From contig JACPUD010000082.1 in the NCBI GenBank assembly GCA_016192435.1, forward strand, positions 19,750 through 51,749: a stretch of 32,000 nucleotides of DNA. The letters run 5' to 3'. A model generated the notes under the pieces. It was not told the origin of the DNA. It was given only the letters and a program-made list of their open reading frames with translations, and ran no database searches. Numbering within the stretch: position 1 is the first letter of the stretch; each line of letters opens with the position of its first letter. Shown piece after piece: positions 17,249 to 26,500 of this stretch. A program made the position numbers and the translations under genes. The stretch is from Rhodocyclales bacterium. Its GTDB lineage: Bacteria > Pseudomonadota > Gammaproteobacteria > Burkholderiales > Rhodocyclaceae.

Positions 17249-19069
17249 GTGCAGACCATGAACGCCGCGCAACAAATCGCCGACTGGCTGGTCAGCCAGG
17301 GAATCGAGCAGGTATTTGCCGTGACCGGGGGCGGTTCCATGTTTCTCAATCATGCGCTGGCCAGCCACCCCGGCCTGCACTGCACCTTCATGCACCACGA
17401 ACAGGCCTGCGCCATGGCAGCCGAGGGATACGCCCGCATTTCCGGAAAACCGGCGGTAGTCAACGTCACCACCGGGCCCGGCGGAATCAATTCACTTAAC
17501 GGCGTCTACGGTGCCTTTACGGATTCCGTTCCGATGCTGGTGCTCTCGGGTCAGGTCAAGCGTGAAACCTGCCTGGACTTCGTTGCGGTGCCCGGCTTGC
17601 GCCAACTTGGCGACCAGGAGGGACCGGCCATCCACATGGCGCGCCACGTCACGAAATTCGCCGAAATAGCCCGCAGTGCGGAAGTACTCGCCTCACTGCT
17701 GCCGCAAGCGTTCGCCGCAGCCTGCCGGGGACGCCCGGGGCCGGCGTGGATCGATATCCCGCTCGATGTGCAGTCGGCGAAAACCCGACTCGACTTCATC
17801 GAGCTGCCCTCCGCCGAAACGCAGGATGAAGATCTCGCGACGCCCTGCGCCCATATCCTGGATCGACTGGAGCACGCGCATCGCCCGGTCATTCTCGCCG
17901 GCAGCGGCGTTCGCATCGGCGGCGCCGCCACGGCCCTGCTTGCCTTCGCCGAAGCGCACGGCATTCCGGTGGCCACGGCATGGAGCCACGATCTGATTGC
18001 CAGCGACCACCCCTTGTTTGCAGGCCGTCCGGGCACCATCGGCACGCGTGGCGGGAACTTCTGCCTGCAGGCGGCCGACGTCGTGCTGGTCGTCGGCTCG
18101 CGACTCAACATCCGCCAGGTCAGCTACAACTGGAAAAGCTTTGCCAAGAATGCATTTGTCGCTCAGGTCGACATCGACCCTGCAGAGCTGGCCAAACCAT
18201 TCGTCCGACCGCAACTTGCCGTGCGCGCCGATGCAAGGAATTTTCTTGCCGAGCTCACGGAACAGGCTAGTCAGCGGACACTTCCAAACTACTCGCCCTG
18301 GGCGCGGTGGTGTCGTGCCATCCGGGCCCGCTATCCGGTACTGCAGGCTGCGCAACGGCAGTCGCCCCAGCTCAATCCCTATTTCATCGTCGACCACATC
18401 TTCGGCCAGTTGCGCGACAGCGACGTCATCGTTTGCGGCAATGCCGCCGCCTGCATCGTGCCGTTCCAGACCGAGCGCTTGCGGGCGGGGCAACGCATGT
18501 TCAGCAATTCCGGTGCCGCCTCGATGGGTCACGACCTTCCCGCCGCGCTGGGCGCAGCCATGGCCGACCGCACACGACGGGTGATCTGCTTCGCCGGCGA
18601 CGGCAGCCTGCAGATGAACGTGCAGGAACTGCAGACCCTGAAGACCAGCGGCGCCAATGTAGTCGTCCTGGTTCTCGCCAACAACGGCTACCTGTCGATC
18701 CGCCAGACCCACGAGAACTTTTTTGGCAGTATCGTCGGCGCCACTCCCGAATCCGGCGTCGACCTCCCCGACTACTCCGCGCTGGCCGCTGCCTATGGCA
18801 TTTGCGCGACGCGACTGTCCTCTCATGGCGAGTTACCGAGCCTGAATGAATTCCTGGCACATGACGGCCCGGCGCTGGTGCATATCGACGTCGACCCGGC
18901 GCAGAACTTCGAGCCGCGACTGAAATCGCGGATCGCCGATGACGGAAGCTTTCTGACGCCGGAACTGGATGACATGTTTCCATTCCTGCCGGCAGAGGAA
19001 TTGGCCGCGGTGCGTGCCGAAGCCGCCGCAATCAGGGCCGTCGTCCCGCACCTGGAACCCGCGTCGTGA
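17249..19069 (+). CDS. Thiamine-diphosphate-dependent enzyme of the acetolactate-synthase large-subunit family (YerE-like branched-sugar C2-transferase candidate)
   Basis: N-terminal Pyr domain (VFAVTGGGSMFLNHAL, HEQACAMAAEGYAR, NVTTGPGGINSL). C-terminal ThDP motif GDGSLQMNVQELQT...VVLVLANNGY. The start is GTG 17249 or ATG 17258. Confidence 0.8.
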   Translation: MQTMNAAQQIADWLVSQGIEQVFAVTGGGSMFLNHALASHPGLHCTFMHHEQACAMAAEGYARISGKPAVVNVTTGPGGINSLNGVYGAFTDSVPMLVLSGQVKRETCLDFVAVPGLRQLGDQEGPAIHMARHVTKFAEIARSAEVLASLLPQAFAAACRGRPGPAWIDIPLDVQSAKTRLDFIELPSAETQDEDLATPCAHILDRLEHAHRPVILAGSGVRIGGAATALLAFAEAHGIPVATAWSHDLIASDHPLFAGRPGTIGTRGGNFCLQAADVVLVVGSRLNIRQVSYNWKSFAKNAFVAQVDIDPAELAKPFVRPQLAVRADARNFLAELTEQASQRTLPNYSPWARWCRAIRARYPVLQAAQRQSPQLNPYFIVDHIFGQLRDSDVIVCGNAAACIVPFQTERLRAGQRMFSNSGAASMGHDLPAALGAAMADRTRRVICFAGDGSLQMNVQELQTLKTSGANVVVLVLANNGYLSIRQTHENFFGSIVGATPESGVDLPDYSALAAAYGICATRLSSHGELPSLNEFLAHDGPALVHIDVDPAQNFEPRLKSRIADDGSFLTPELDDMFPFLPAEELAAVRAEAAAIRAVVPHLEPAS

Positions 19070-19824
19070 GCGCCCTGTTCGACATCTCCGGCCAAGTTGC
19101 CCTGGTGACCGGCGGACGACGCGGGCTCGGGCGTGCCATGGCGCTCGGAATGGCCGATGCCGGCGCAAGGGTCGCCGTGGTCGCGGCAAGCTCCGAAGCC
19201 TCGGATCTGCAGCGGGAACTTGCCGGTCGCGGCGTCGACTTCCTCTACATTCAGGCGGACCTGACCAGGCGCAATGAGCGTGAGGGACTGGTAAGCCGGG
19301 TTGTCGAGCATTTCGGCCGCCTCGACATCCTGGTCAACAATGCCGGTCTGCAGCAGAAGAGGTCGGCGGTCGACTACGCCACGGACGCCTGGGACGTCGA
19401 TATCGAACTTCTGCTCACTGCCGTACTCGACCTCAGCCAGCAGGCGGCGCGCCACATGATTCCCCAAGGGTACGGAAAGATCGTGCAGATTGCCTCGATC
19501 AGCAGCTTTCAGGGGGCACGCAACATCATCGGCTACTCGACAGCCAAGCATGGACTTGTCGGCTTGACCAAATGCCTCGCAAATGAATGGGCCGCGCTCG
19601 GGATCAATGTCAACGCCATCGCTCCCGGGATATTCGAAACCGACATGGCGGCACAAACCCTTGCTGATCCGATCAAGACGGCTGAACTCAAGGGACGCGT
19701 TCCCGCCGGACGCTTCGGCGCACCGGAGGATATCGTCGGCCCGCTGCTGTTCCTCGTCAGCAATGCCAGCCGGCATGTCCACGGGCACGTCCTGCTGGTC
19801 GACGGCGGCTGGATGGGACGCTAG
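19066..19824 (+). CDS. Classical SDR oxidoreductase (FabG/KduD-like; YerF-like reductase candidate)
   Basis: VALVTGGRRGLGRA, NNAG, S...YSTAKHG (YxxxK), 252 aa. The GTG start overlaps the upstream stop (GTGA). Confidence 0.8.
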   Translation: MSALFDISGQVALVTGGRRGLGRAMALGMADAGARVAVVAASSEASDLQRELAGRGVDFLYIQADLTRRNEREGLVSRVVEHFGRLDILVNNAGLQQKRSAVDYATDAWDVDIELLLTAVLDLSQQAARHMIPQGYGKIVQIASISSFQGARNIIGYSTAKHGLVGLTKCLANEWAALGINVNAIAPGIFETDMAAQTLADPIKTAELKGRVPAGRFGAPEDIVGPLLFLVSNASRHVHGHVLLVDGGWMGR

Positions 19825-19847
19825 ACGCGTCGCGAAGGGAAATTGAC

Positions 19848-20885
19848 TTGAACCCCAGCACGGACATGAACGGCGGCCAGAGGATCGAGGCCAAGGACTT
19901 GCGCTGCAAGGACAGGCAACCGCTGCAGGAAATCATCCCGCTGCCGACGCCGTTTGTCGTCTATATCGATCCGACCAACAAGTGCAACTTCCGTTGCGAG
20001 TTCTGTCCCACCGCCGACAAGGACCTGCTGCGAAAGGTCGGGCGGCCTGCCGCGACGATGAGCATGGACCTGTTCCGCAAGGCCGTCGATGACCTCAAGG
20101 CCTTCCCGCAGAAGCTCAAGCTGGCAAGCATCTACAAGGATGGCGAGCCGCTGATGAACAAGCATTTCCCCGACATGATCCGCTATCTGAAAGATGCCGA
20201 TGTGGCGGAGCGCATCTGGACCAAGACCAACGGTTCTGCGCTGTGTCCGGAACTCAACCAGCGCCTGATCGATTCAGGCCTTGATCTGATCTGCATTTCG
20301 GTGGAAGCGGTGTCGGCCAGCGGCTACTTGCGCGTGGCAAAGGCGCGCATCGACTACGACAAGTTTCGCGAGAACATCGCCGATCTCTACCAACGCCGGG
20401 GCAATTGCCAGATCTACATCAAGATCGCCGACAGCGGCTTTTCCAAAGTGGAAATCGACAAGTTCTATGCGGACTTCCAGCCGATGAGCACGCAAATCGC
20501 TGTCGAGAAGCTGATGGGCTGGTCCTATTCCGACATCAAGGACTTCACGCTGGGCACCAAACCCGATACCTACGATGGACTTCCGCTGATTGCAAAAAAA
20601 GTCTGTGCCTACCCGTTCTACGTCCTGGCCATCAATGCCGACGGCAGTGTGTCACTCTGCGGCAACGACTGGGCCCACGGCACCGTGGTCGGCAACATCA
20701 CGGAGCAGAGCCTGCACGAGATCTGGCACGGCGCGGCGCTGTACGAGTTCCGCAAGACCATGCTCGAAGGCCGCCGCAAGGAAATCCCGGTATGTGCAGA
20801 CTGCTACTACCTGCAAATCGTGCCGGACAACATCGACCCCCACAGCGCTGCGATCCTCAAGCAGTTGAAAGAGGTACGCGGATGA
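19848..20885 (+). CDS. Radical SAM protein with a SPASM/twitch-like C-terminal Cys region
   Basis: CNFRCEFC (CxxxCxxC) near the N-terminus, GEPL. C-terminal Cys residues: KKVCAYPF...DGSVSLCGNDW...IPVCADC. The start is TTG 19848 (AAGGGA 8 nt upstream) or ATG 19866. Confidence 0.78.
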   Translation: MNPSTDMNGGQRIEAKDLRCKDRQPLQEIIPLPTPFVVYIDPTNKCNFRCEFCPTADKDLLRKVGRPAATMSMDLFRKAVDDLKAFPQKLKLASIYKDGEPLMNKHFPDMIRYLKDADVAERIWTKTNGSALCPELNQRLIDSGLDLICISVEAVSASGYLRVAKARIDYDKFRENIADLYQRRGNCQIYIKIADSGFSKVEIDKFYADFQPMSTQIAVEKLMGWSYSDIKDFTLGTKPDTYDGLPLIAKKVCAYPFYVLAINADGSVSLCGNDWAHGTVVGNITEQSLHEIWHGAALYEFRKTMLEGRRKEIPVCADCYYLQIVPDNIDPHSAAILKQLKEVRG

Positions 20886-21820
20886 AACTGGTCAGCGTCG
20901 TCACCCAGTGCTTCAACGAAGAAGAAAACGTCGAAGAACTCTACTGCCGCATCAAGGCCCAGTTCGAAAGCCGGTCCGGCTACGAGTTCGAGCACATCTT
21001 CATCGACAACGCATCCACCGATCGAACCGTGGAGGTCATCAAGAATCTGGCGCGCCAGGACCCGCGCGTCAAACTGATCGTCAATGCCCGCAACTTCGGC
21101 CACATCCGCTCGCCGCTGCATGCCATCCTCCAGGCGCGGGGCGATGCCATTGTGTCGATGGCATCCGACCTGCAGGACCCCCCGGAACTGATCGATACCT
21201 TCATTACCCGCTGGGAAGCCGGTTTCAAGATCGTCGTCGGCGTCAAGCCCTCGGCGCAGGAAACCTTCGCCATGTCGCTGATCCGCGGTCTCTATTACAG
21301 AACCATAGGCAGGATCTCGGAGATCCAGCTAATCCCGAATTTCACCGGTTTCGGCCTCTATGACCGTTCGGTGATCGAAATCATCCGCAAAATCGACGAT
21401 CCCTATCCCTACTTCCGCGGCCTCATCGCCGAACTGGGCATCGAATACTCGACCGTCCCTTTCGAGCAGCCGAAGCGCGTACGCGGGATCACCAAGAACA
21501 ACTTCTATACGCTCTACGACATGGCGATGCTGGGCATCACCAGTCACTCCAAGCTGCCTGTGCGCCTGGCCACCATGGCCGGATTCGCCTTGTCGATCCT
21601 CAGCCTGCTGGTATCGCTTGGCTACCTCGTCCTCAAGCTGGCATTCTGGGATCGGTTCGGCCTGGGCACGGCTCCCATCCTGATCGGGCTGTTCTTCTTC
21701 GCCTCGGTACAACTGTTTTTCATCGGGATCATCGGCGAATATGTAGCCGCGATACACACCCAGGTCATGAAGCGTCCTCTCGTCATCGAGAAAGAGCGCG
21801 TCAATTTCGAAGGGCAATAG
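20882..21820 (+). CDS. GT2-family polyprenyl-phosphate glycosyltransferase (GtrB/ArnC/DPM1-like) with two C-terminal TM helices
   Basis: The ATG at 20882 overlaps the radical SAM stop (ATGA). VSVVTQCFNEEENV...FIDNASTDRT...MASDLQDPPE (DxD-type). C-terminal hydrophobic segments FALSILSLLVSLGYLVL and ILIGLFFFASVQLFFIGIIGEY. The upstream 159 codons of ORF 20405..21820 are Arg-rich and overlap the radical SAM gene. Confidence 0.8.
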   Translation: MKLVSVVTQCFNEEENVEELYCRIKAQFESRSGYEFEHIFIDNASTDRTVEVIKNLARQDPRVKLIVNARNFGHIRSPLHAILQARGDAIVSMASDLQDPPELIDTFITRWEAGFKIVVGVKPSAQETFAMSLIRGLYYRTIGRISEIQLIPNFTGFGLYDRSVIEIIRKIDDPYPYFRGLIAELGIEYSTVPFEQPKRVRGITKNNFYTLYDMAMLGITSHSKLPVRLATMAGFALSILSLLVSLGYLVLKLAFWDRFGLGTAPILIGLFFFASVQLFFIGIIGEYVAAIHTQVMKRPLVIEKERVNFEGQ

Positions 21821-21865
21821 CTGCCCGCACCTGCTTACCTACCACCAAGTTCAACCCACGCCATC

Positions 21866-22954
21866 ATGAACCCGATTTTCGAGAATCTCTTCGTTCTGGA
21901 ACTTGCCAACAATCACTGGGGGCGCATCGACCGTGGCCTGAAGATAATCAACGACTTCGCCCAGGTAGTGAAGTTCAACAATGTGCGCGCCGCCATCAAG
22001 CTCCAGTTTCGTGACGTGGATAGTTTCGTCCATGATGATTACAAGGGTACCCAGACATCCCGCTACATCAGCAAAACCGAGGCGACGCGCCTTTCAAGAG
22101 CGGACCTGCGCACGCTGGCCCTGCGCATCAAGGAGCAGGCCTGCATACCGATGGCGACTCCTTTCGACGAAGCGTCGGTCGACCTCTGCGAAGAACTGGA
22201 TCTGCCGATCATCAAGATTGCCAGTTCCGACCTGAATGACTGGTTCCTCATTGAGCGCATCGCCCTCACCAAACGGCCGGTCATCGTCTCGACCGGCGGA
22301 TCCTCACTCAAAGATCTCGACGACCTGGTCAAGTTCTTCACCAATCGCAACATTCCGCTGGCCATCAATCATTGCGTCTCGATCTATCCGAGCGAGGACG
22401 GCGAACTGGAGCTCAACCAGATCGACTATCTGAAGCAGCGCTATCCGAACAATGTCATCGGTCTCTCCACGCACGAATATCACGACTGGCATTCGTCGAT
22501 GCTTTTGTCCTATGCGAAGGGCGCGCGCACCTGGGAGCGGCACATCGACATCGAGGAGGATGGCATTCCCGTATCGCCCTACTGTTCGCTGCCGCACCAG
22601 ATCGACGCATGGTTCAAGGCCTACCACAAGGCTGTTGAAATGTGCGGCGGTGAGGCGACGACCAAGCGCGTGCCCAGACCCAAGGAGGTTCAGTACCTCG
22701 ATGCACTGGTTCGAGGCGTTTACGCCAAGCGCGACTTGCCGGTCGGCTACGAGATTCATCACCGCAATCTGAACCGCGATTTCTATCTGGCGATTCCCTT
22801 GCTGAAGGGCCAGCTGTCATGCCGCGAGATCCTCAATGGACAGCAACTCGTCAACCCGGTTCAGCAGAACAAGCCGCTGATGATCGATGACATCGACAGC
22901 CCGTACGCCCGCAACCAAGCCCTCCGCGATCTGTACTACGAACGCGGACTGTAA
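21866..22954 (+). CDS. NeuB-family (sialic-acid-synthase-like, PEP-condensing) enzyme with a SAF-like C-terminus
   Basis: FVLELANNHWG corresponds to the IAEIGxNHxG motif. IPMATPFDEASVDLCEELDLPIIKIASSDL, RPVIVSTGGSSL, GLSTHE. The C-terminal region GVYAKRDLPVGYEI is SAF-like. There is no obvious SD sequence. Confidence 0.7.
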   Translation: MNPIFENLFVLELANNHWGRIDRGLKIINDFAQVVKFNNVRAAIKLQFRDVDSFVHDDYKGTQTSRYISKTEATRLSRADLRTLALRIKEQACIPMATPFDEASVDLCEELDLPIIKIASSDLNDWFLIERIALTKRPVIVSTGGSSLKDLDDLVKFFTNRNIPLAINHCVSIYPSEDGELELNQIDYLKQRYPNNVIGLSTHEYHDWHSSMLLSYAKGARTWERHIDIEEDGIPVSPYCSLPHQIDAWFKAYHKAVEMCGGEATTKRVPRPKEVQYLDALVRGVYAKRDLPVGYEIHHRNLNRDFYLAIPLLKGQLSCREILNGQQLVNPVQQNKPLMIDDIDSPYARNQALRDLYYERGL

Positions 22955-22982
22955 CGCTCTCGAATTGGGCAATCGGTCCTTG

Positions 22983-23366
22983 ATGAACGAACAAACCCGT
23001 TTCCTGCTGACGGGCGCCTACAACACCGCCTTTGGCTACGGGACATTTGTGGTGCTTTACCTGTACCTGCAGGATGTGCTGCACTACCTTGTGATCGCGA
23101 CGCTTGCTCATCTTATCGCCGTCGTAAATTCATTCCTGACCCAACGCAGCCTGGTATTCAGGGACGCCAGCCCCATAGTTCCTGCTTTCCTTCGCTTCAA
23201 CCTCGCCACAGCCGCGTCACTGATCCTTGGTCTCGCGGGCATGGCACTGCTGGTCGACGGTGCGGGTGTGGCCCCGCTGATCAGTCAGGCCATCGTGACC
23301 GTGATTTCGGTCATCGTTATGTATCTGACCCACAGAAACTACACGTTTCGCCGTCCAGGCCAATGA
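22983..23366 (+). CDS. GtrA-family small membrane protein (4 TM; polyprenyl-P-sugar translocation family)
   Basis: RFLLTGAYNTAFGYGTFVVL...LIAVVNSFLTQRSLVFR...THRNYTFR is the GtrA-like pattern, 127 aa from ATG 22983. The ORF-track start at 22887 overlaps the NeuB-like gene and adds non-hydrophobic residues. Confidence 0.7.
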   Translation: MNEQTRFLLTGAYNTAFGYGTFVVLYLYLQDVLHYLVIATLAHLIAVVNSFLTQRSLVFRDASPIVPAFLRFNLATAASLILGLAGMALLVDGAGVAPLISQAIVTVISVIVMYLTHRNYTFRRPGQ

Positions 23367-23563
23367 CCAACTGCCGCGCAGCTTTCGTTCCGGATGCGCC
23401 CATCATGCCTGCCGCCGGGTTGCGAACAATCTCGCTGATCGCCGGTCCGCCTCGCAAGCCAGTGGCGGTGATCAAGGTCCTCACGTGCTGCGCCGAACCC
23501 AGTCTTGGAATCCTTCCCCGGATAGACCATTCCAGGCTTGCCGACTACTTCAATCAGCCATGA
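23363..23563 (+). CDS. Candidate 66-aa coupling ORF between gtrA-like and the large transferase gene (unverified)
   Basis: Its start ATG overlaps the gtrA stop (ATGA at 23363-23366). Its stop overlaps ATG 23560 of the next gene (ATGA at 23560-23563). I counted about 69% G/C at third positions. No recognisable domain and no obvious RBS. Confidence 0.3.
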   Translation: MTNCRAAFVPDAPIMPAAGLRTISLIAGPPRKPVAVIKVLTCCAEPSLGILPRIDHSRLADYFNQP

Positions 23564-26500
23564 AGGCGCTGCCCCGACTTGGCACGATTCTGCCGCGCCT
23601 GTTCTATTTGCTGCTCTCCCTGTGGGCGGTACTCCTTCTGTTGCGGGGATCGCCATGGATAGGCGACACCGAGCGGGTACCGGACTTCAAGGGTCCCTTC
23701 ATGCAAGCCAGCCCGCGCCAGTATGGCGTGCTGCCGACGCGGATGAGTCGTGGCGACAAACTCGATATCGCCATGGAATTCCGCATCGAGCAGGAACTGA
23801 TGGAGCGCATGTCCGACCAAGGTCGACAATATGCCGGGCTGTTTCAGACGGCCAGCGGCGAACAGGGAGTACGCATAGAGATGGGGCTTGCCCCGACTCA
23901 ATACAACAACTGGGGAATCTCCATTGCCGGTCAGCACTTCGATCTGGGACGCGTCCCCGCTACCAACCGATGGCACAAACTGCGGCTTGTTGCAGCGAAT
24001 CGGTCGGCCACGCTGACCATCGATGGCATTCGACTCATCCGTCTCGACAATTACCCGGACAAGGTCCGGATCGACGTGGTACGCGCCGGTTATGGTTATT
24101 CGCCCGACCGGCTTTTCCCCGGCCAGATACGCGATTTTTCGGTCAGCCTGACGCCCTACGATGCGCTGGCCGACCAGGCCCAGAAAGTGGTTGTGAGCAT
24201 ACTGGCAGCCGTGCTCCTGCTCTGGCTGATCGCAGCCGTTCGCATCGGCCTCAAAAATGGCCGAAACCCGTTCGACTCCGTTCCCGTCAGGTGGCTGTCG
24301 GCGTTGGCATACCTGGGATGTTTCTTCTGGCTCAAGGGCCACTACACGACGGAAACTGGCCAGGAATTGCTGACCGACATTGCACTTGCTGCCGTGCTGC
24401 TGGTAAGCATCCAGGCAGCGCTGGATTTCCCGCCACGACAACTCATGCGCCAATTCATCGTCAGCTTTGCGATCGGATTGAATTACTGCACATTCGCCGT
24501 GCTGATGGCCGGCGCAAGCTATCTGCGGGGACGGGCAGACGGCACGGAGACCGGGCTCACGTATGACGAGATCGGCGTGCTGCACCAATCAAACGTCGCC
24601 GAAACCCTGGAATTTTTCCTGAGCAGCTTTTCCCTTTCCGAAAAGGCGGTAATTCTGCTCTTTCCGATTCTGCCGTCGCTCGCTCTGTACCTCCTCGCCC
24701 GCATCCGCCTTCCCCGCTGGAGTACAACCGGTTCTGCTGTGGTTGGAGTTTCGGGACTAATTGCCAGCCCCTTCCTGCTCTCGACGGACAGCGGCATCGC
24801 TGCGACGATTTATGGCGGCTGGCAAAGTTACTCCGACGTCGAGCGCAACTTCTCCAACTACCGCCAATTGCGATCGCAAGCGTCGACGCTTGAAGCTACA
24901 AAGCGCGAAACCGGCGAAACCTATGTGCTGGTGATCGGCGAGTCCGCCAACCGCGATCACTTTTCTGCCTACGGCTATTTTCGACCTACGACACCCTGGC
25001 TGAATCAGCAGCGCAAGAATCCGAACGACATTTTTTTCGAGAATGCCTATGCCAGCTATGTACACACGGTTCCGGCACTCATGCAGGCGCTTACGGCAGC
25101 CAACCAGTACACCCCGGGAAGCAGTCTTTCAAGCCCGACACTGATCGAAGTCTTCCGCGCCGCCGGCTTTCACACCATCTGGCTCAGCGAGCAAACCATG
25201 AGTTGGGCCGACACGCCGCTGCACACCTTGGCGGCCGAGGCATCGCAGATAATTCAAGTGAGATCCCCGGGAAAAATCCTGCCGAAGTTTCGCGAGACTC
25301 TGCAATTCCTGGACCGGACGCGGAACAATTTGGTGATCGTGCACATGATGGGATCGCATGCCGACTACCGCAACCGCTATCCGCCCGACTATGCATCCAA
25401 TTTTTCACGCGCGCCAGAAGACCTTGGTGATCACGCCCAGGCGAGCGAGTTTCTCGACAGGTTTCTCGACCCCTATGACCGGTCCATTCACTATACCGAC
25501 CACCAACTGGCCGAAATGGATGCCGCACTCAGCGCCGCGCAGTTCGACAAATATGCTTTCATCTTTGTCGCTGATCACGGCGAAGATGTTTTTGGCCAGC
25601 GCTTCCACAACGCAGCGAACTTCAGTTTCCCGATGACACGCATCCCCCTGTTCATGCGCTTTTCTGCTGACTGGGTCGAGCACAATCGCACGAAGCACAG
25701 CCAGTTGCAGCAGCGCAGGAGCAGCATTTTCACGCTGGATCTACTTTTCGACACGATGGTCGGCCTGGCCGGCATCCGGACGCGGGCGTCCTCCGCGGGA
25801 TTCGATCTCGGTCACTCGCGCTACATGTTGAACGAGGAAATTGCCCTTACGATGCGGCCACCCCCGGATTCACTCTCCGGGGTTTACACAAATGTTGTCG
25901 AACGATCGATTCGCGATGACCCGCAGCGGATTGCCCAAGACAATCTGCGTTTTCTCAATCGGGAATTTCCGGGGCGGTTTCTTGCCAACTGGGCCGACAG
26001 CCTGGCGCGCGCCAGCGAAGCCGACGCTCTTGGATTTGCCGGCCTCGAGGTAAATGTGGGCGTACCCTCGATGCACATCGGTCATTACCCGGAAATCGTT
26101 CATGCCCGAACGCTGGAGCAATATCTTGCGTTGCCCGTGGTGCGCAACAAGCACAAGCTGTGGCTCGACCTCAAGCTTGAATCCGGGCGCGCCGTGAACG
26201 AATCCCTGGCGGCCATGGAATCACTCGACAGGCGATACAAGCTGAAGGCTCACGCAATCATAGAATCCCCTGAGCACGGCCTCGCTGCATTCGCCGCGCG
26301 AGGCTGGCACACCAGCTATTACTTTATTCCCGAAAGGTGGCCTGGCTGCCTTGACGACGAGAAATCACGCCGCCAGTGCGCCAGAGACCTGGTGCTTGTC
26401 GTAAAGGAACAGAAACTTGGCGCCGTAAGCTTCGATGCACGCTACTACTCCTTCATCGACCGCTATGTCGCGCCTCTGCTACCTCCGACCGTGGCGTTCC

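Noticed and set aside
20405-20881. Upstream 159 codons of the 471-aa ORF that contains the GT2 gene
   Set aside because: The segment is Arg/Pro/Gln-rich and fully overlaps the well-supported radical SAM gene in another frame. The GT2 family N-terminus (KLVSVVTQCFNEE) starts at the ATG forming an ATGA overlap at 20882.
22887-22982. Longer start for the GtrA-like ORF
   Set aside because: It would overlap the NeuB-like gene by 68 nt and add 32 polar residues ahead of a family that normally begins just before its first TM helix.
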